The notes beneath the pieces were generated by a model. It did not search any database. It was not told where the DNA came from and saw nothing but the letters and a program-made list of their open reading frames with translations. A DNA stretch of 64,000 nt from the NCBI RefSeq assembly GCF_009914755.1, contig NC_060927.1; one strand, 5' to 3'. This DNA comes from the human T2T-CHM13v2.0 reference genome, Homo sapiens. Numbering within the stretch: the first letter of the stretch is position 1; each line of letters opens with the position of its first letter. Of the stretch, positions 62,742-64,000 are shown one piece after another. Both the position numbers and the translations under genes were made by a program.

Positions 62742-64000
62742 ACTTGAGCCCAGGTGGTCAAGGCTGCAGTGAGCCTGATTGCACCACTGCACTCCAGCCT
62801 AGGTGACAGAATGAGACTGTCTCAAAAAATAAAATAAAATACAAATTAACCCTTCATGACATTCCCAGTAACTTCCTAAGTGCTCCCCACAAGTCTTTGA
62901 ATTCTGTTTAATTCTCACATAACATTTAAGACATTTAAGAACTTATGTCTGTCTGTGTCATCCCTTTATGTCAAAAGATGTCTTTTTGTCACTTCCAGCT
63001 GGATCTACCATGAAAGACTTGTGAATCCAGGAAGAGAGACTGACTGGGCAACATGTTATTCAGGTACAAAAAGATTTGGACTGTAACTTAAAAATGATCA
63101 AATTATGTTTCCCATGCATCAGGTGCAATGGGAAGCTCTTCTGGAGAGTGAGAGAAGCTTCCAGTTAAGGTGACATTGAAGCCAAGTCCTGAAAGATGAG
63201 GAAGAGTTGTATGAGAGTGGGGAGGGAAGGGGGAGGTGGAGGGATGGGGAATGGGCCGGGATGGGATAGCGCAAACTGTCCGGGAAGGGAAACCAGCACT
63301 GTACAGACCTGAACAACGAAGATGGCATATTCTGTTCAGGGAATGGTGAATTAAGTGTGGCAGGAATGCTTTGTAGACACAGTAATTTGCTTGTATGGAA
63401 TTTTGCCTGAGAGACCTCATTGCAGTTTCTGATTTTTTGATGTCTTCATCCATCACTGTCCTTGTCAAATAGTTTGGAACAGGTATAATGATCACAATAA
63501 CCCCAAGCATAATATTTCGTTAATTCTCACAGAATCACATGTAGGTGCCACAGTTATCCCCATTTTATGAATGGAGTGATGAAAACCTTAGGAATAATGA
63601 ATGATTTGCGCAGGCTCACCTGGATATTAAGACTGAGTCAAATGTTGGGTCTGGTCTGACTTTAATGTTTGCTTTGTTCATGAGCACCACATATTGCCTC
63701 TCCTATGCAGTTAAGCAGGTAGGTGACAGAAAAGCCCATGTTTGTCTCTACTCACACACTTCCGACTGAATGTACGTATGGAGTTTCTACACCAGATTCT
63801 TCAGTGCTCTGGATATTAACTGGGTATCCCATGACTTTATTCTGACACTACCTGGAGTTAGCACAGACCCCACAAGTTAGGGGCTCAGTCCCACGAGGCC
63901 ATCCTCACTTCAGATGACAATGGCAAGTCCTAAGTTGTCACCATACTTTTGACCAACCTGTTACCAATCGGGGGTTCCCGTAACTGTCTTCTTGGGTTTA
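62742..64000 (+). repeat. Copy 2 of the local duplication (no MER11), runs off the window
   Basis: Collinear with 49903-50900 and 51967-52240; exon-like 62999-63063. Confidence 0.92.

Overview
Primate, almost certainly human, subtelomeric segmental-duplication DNA, with the telomere direction to the right on the + strand. It is not microbial, and nearly all listed ORFs are Alu or tandem-repeat artefacts, many with GTG/TTG starts. The left block (1-23.9 kb) holds an LTR10-type solo LTR with a p53 element, a decayed processed VBP1 pseudogene, the exons of a FAM157-family gene (spliced 381-aa ORF with polyQ), CTCF motifs, three VNTRs (49, 104 and 63 bp units) and LTR/L1 debris. A 1.84-kb degenerate interstitial TTAGGG array starts directly inside a truncated Alu at about 23.9 kb. 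The Alu-dense right block (25.8-64 kb) holds an unprocessed GTF2I pseudogene fragment with exons out of order (A-B-D-C), an Alu-disrupted exon, a 4.65-kb polyA/TSD-flanked GC-rich insertion, a MER11 solo LTR and an old local duplication at about 12.8 kb spacing. The most interesting composite is a putative p53/LTR-driven chimeric transcription unit that reads through a fossil telomere into GTF2I-derived exons. Family names are from recall of consensus sequences, not database searches. Repeat boundaries are approximate, and the FAM157 paralog and chromosome cannot be assigned from the sequence alone.
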